64,000 nt of DNA, from assembly GCA_964106645.2 (NCBI GenBank), contig OZ067038.1, one strand, 5' to 3'. A program made the translations under genes and the position numbers. The first letter of the stretch is position 1, and every line of letters begins with the position of its first letter. The notes under the pieces were generated by a model that searched no databases, had not been told where the DNA came from, and saw nothing but the letters and a program-made list of their open reading frames with translations. Below, in pieces: positions 36,701 to 64,000 of this stretch. Source of the stretch: Podarcis pityusensis. Lineage: Eukaryota.

Positions 36701-39697
36701 CTGATGTCTGGGATCTGCTGAACAAATGCTGCCTGTTTATGCAGCAGCATGATCTTCCCAGCTTGAGATAAACATTACCAGGACAGAAGTGATGTGGGAC
36801 AGCTGACTGCATGGTTTTGACGCTACCCCAGCTGCAACATAAGCTGCTTCTATGGCAAATGCAGGAAAGCATCCAGAGGCAGTTTGGTCAGGGAGTGCAA
36901 AGGAGAAGAGTCTTGCACCATCCTAACCTATTTTGAGTCTTTCCAAGGGGAAAGACTGTGGTTGTGAGAGCAGGTAAACCTGTTCAAGGTGCCCCAGAAA
37001 GGAAATGGAAACCAGAACAACACTAGAGGGCATCCCAATTTAACCAACCATATCCTTTTTGAGCACTTGAACACTGACATTAGCTTTCTTCTCATAAAGG
37101 GAGCTGACTGCTTCCATCTAAGGCCAACAGGCGAGGAAAATACTCAAGTTGGTAGTGGGGGGAAAACTACTTTAAAAGCATTGTTTGTATTGTTGAAATA
37201 GCAAAGGACCGCAAAATATTGTTTTTTTAAAAACTTCATATTTTTTGCAGGTACTGCAGTGCTTCACTTAAAATCTTATGTACTATATTTAAATATAGTA
37301 AAGTATAAGAGACGAGTAGCTTTTTCTACATGACATGTAAGGAAACTACCTCACATTTTGAAACTTGGATTAATGACTAGTTTATTGCAAACAAGCTATA
37401 TGCTTTTAAAATTATTGTTAACTTTGACAGTCGTTGTCCTGTTTTGTATGGCATTTTAGTACCTGGTTCACTATTAAAATCTCATAAGTGCACTTGTTCT
37501 TTATACAGTTTTTAGGGACCTGGTAAGTATTTTCTGCCATAGTTTTAGTTGCCAGTGTGAGGGATTGTCCTACATAACTTATTAAATTAGGAGCCTGAAG
37601 CTTGTCCTTTATTTTTGACTATTTGGAAAGAGAATTGCACCTGCATTCTTTAACATTTAACAACTGACACGAAGAGCCTTATAGTTTCAGTGCTTATGGT
37701 CTACTGGTATTAATGTTATTGTTTTTAACTATTTCAATAAAATACTACTATTGAATTTTTATTTTGTTTTATAAGAAAATTATACCAAGAGGAGGATGAG
37801 GAGTAAAAATGCGATAAGGGAAAATAAAAGAATTCTGTGATCTGTGAAGGTTGTATATATTAGGTGCTGAATATCAATGACTATCTTGTAATCCCTTCTG
37901 TAATAACTGACAGTGGGAGTACACTTTTGTAGCAGAACCAGTAATTGGGATGCCTCTGATTTTTAAACTGCTGCATACACAATCCTGAAGTGCTTTGGGG
38001 AATTTGCCTCATAGTTGGAAATGGATACTTGTTCCCATTTGAGGTAACTCAAAGGCTATTCTATAAAAAAATAAAATAATGTAACATTATACAAAGTTGA
38101 CTTTTTTTCTTTTAATTCAGTATACTATCAATAAAGTAGATGCTGTTTCCCCAAGTTTGCTGGTGATGCTGTTACCTTTTTGCCTCCTTGAGTAGATTTT
38201 GGCATGCCTGAATCTTCTAGGCTTTACTTGTCATCTTACCAGTGTGTCTATACCTTATTGTTAATATTAGAAAATCTTATTTATACTAGTTGGACCAGAT
38301 AGCCTTCAAATACATTCCAACTCTTTCTTTTGCATGAATAAAAATGACCTCTTTGTAACTATTCTGGAGAACCTTGAAATGTTTTCGGCATTATTTAATA
38401 TTTTATACATTAGTTCAGACGTTATACAGAATGTGTAGGAGGTGTTGGAACAGGTAATGAAATTATTGGGTGGTGCTTGGCTTCCTGTCCATAATTAATA
38501 TTAGGTAAGGCAATCTCAACCTACTGTGGCTTCAGTGAAGTAATTCTGTGTAAATAGTTGACTTATTTTACCAGCTTAGCCTCTCCTTTCAACCTGGCCA
38601 CAGAAGTTAGATTAAACTGGTAATAGGTGTATGGTGTTTTTGTTAAGCATGTTCTCTTTGGAAGATGAGAGGTTTTCCACTGCTGAACGGTCTTTGGAAG
38701 TCATCCTGGGGCCTCCTCCAGCTCCAATGTGGTTTGAAAGTAGTTGCTGAATTTGGATTTCCTTGTGTATTTTTTCCTATACACAGGAATAGGGAAAAAA
38801 TACACCAGTAAGATCACTTGAAGTTGCTTAAAATTCTGTTTCTCTTCCACAGTCTTAAAAAGCTTTTTAAATCTATTCTTTGGGGCACCACAGACTTGCT
38901 GTCTCTTGCCAGTAGCTGCTGTGATAAATTTCCACCAGTTGATAGTAGCCCATTTGGTTATGGTGCAGCAATAATCACTTGACTCTAGGGTTAATATGGG
39001 ATGAGGGCATGTTGGTGCAGCCTTCTTGAGTTAGGTGACAGAGGGTTGTGGGATTGCATATCAGCAAGTGAATAACAAGACTTTAGTGGTGCAGACAGGA
39101 AATAGAACAGGCTGTAGGAAGGTAGAGGTGCTTCTGCAGTCTGGAAAATGCTGGTTGTCGAGATTAAAAGTGCAGTTAATTTAGTGGCTTAATAACTTGC
39201 TCTGTATGGTGCATCATTAGTTGAATTTGGCATTTAGAAATACATTATTGACCTGATGAAGTTGACACTGTATCAGCTCTGAGAAAGCCATTTATGTTAA
39301 AATACTACTAGACCATGTAAACTTGCATATGTCTTGGGAATGATCTTACAGAGTTGGGTGTGTTTCAGAATATATTAAAAGCACTTTAGGGGACTGAATG
39401 AGAGTCCGATTAACTATGTTCCTTACTACAGAACATTATTGCTGCATCTATATAATTCTGAAGGAAGATTCCTGTTGCTTTTGTGTCTGCCAAAAGAGGG
39501 ACAGCAAATTACTTAATGATATATTTTCTCATTTCATTGTAATTTCTATAGCCCTTTTATGGTGGCATTGATCGTGCATTGACAGTAAAAATTGAGGTTT
39601 GTGTGTATTTTGCAAATGCAACTATGACCAGTGACTGTTAATTTTACTTTCACCCCTCCTACCTAGGAATTACTGATTTACAAGAAACTAAAGCACC

Positions 39698-63753
<24,056 letters not shown>

Positions 63754-64000
63754 TGATTTCTAGGACTCTGCTGGAACTTTGATACAGAACCTGTTACTCG
63801 GTCTTTAGGTATCTGTGTAAGGATGTTTGGCAAGAGTTATAAGAGTGCTTTTTGCAGATAATAGTATTTCTACATACAAATATTATTGTCTGCAAAAGCA
63901 CTCTTATAACCCTTCCCAAACATCCTTACGCAGATACCTAAAGTTAGCAGTAGCAGATACCTAACTGCTGTAAGTTAAATGCTATTCATTTTAGGAGTAA

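Overview
This is vertebrate genomic DNA. The Sauria SINEs and Bov-B fragment point to a squamate reptile, probably a lacertid-type lizard (inference). The window holds two + strand genes in the known amniote order LRP4 then CKAP5. The first is the 3' part of LRP4: 16 coding exons (1149-13682) encoding YWTD beta-propellers and EGF repeats, a TM helix, an NPxY motif and a C-terminal PDZ ligand ESDV, followed by a long 3'UTR. The second is the 5' part of CKAP5/ch-TOG: a CpG-island CCAAT/CHR promoter at about 26.6 kb, ATG at 39698, and 27 coding exons through 63732 (1178 codons, continuing past the window). Exon phases chain without frameshifts in both genes. Repeats include Sauria SINEs, a Bov-B 3' end, L2 and CR1 fragments, Tc1/mariner-superfamily and hAT-like MITEs, tRNA-derived SINEs and microsatellites. 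The most notable unexplained structures are: a run of minus-strand exon-like units with its own CCAAT promoter between the genes (antisense lncRNA or decayed gene); candidate microexons in the last LRP4 intron; a hAT-like MITE flanked by a ~67-bp direct repeat next to the CKAP5 promoter; a second CpG island in CKAP5 intron 1; and a GC-AG intron. There are no prokaryote-type systems, and most ORFs in the track are spurious.
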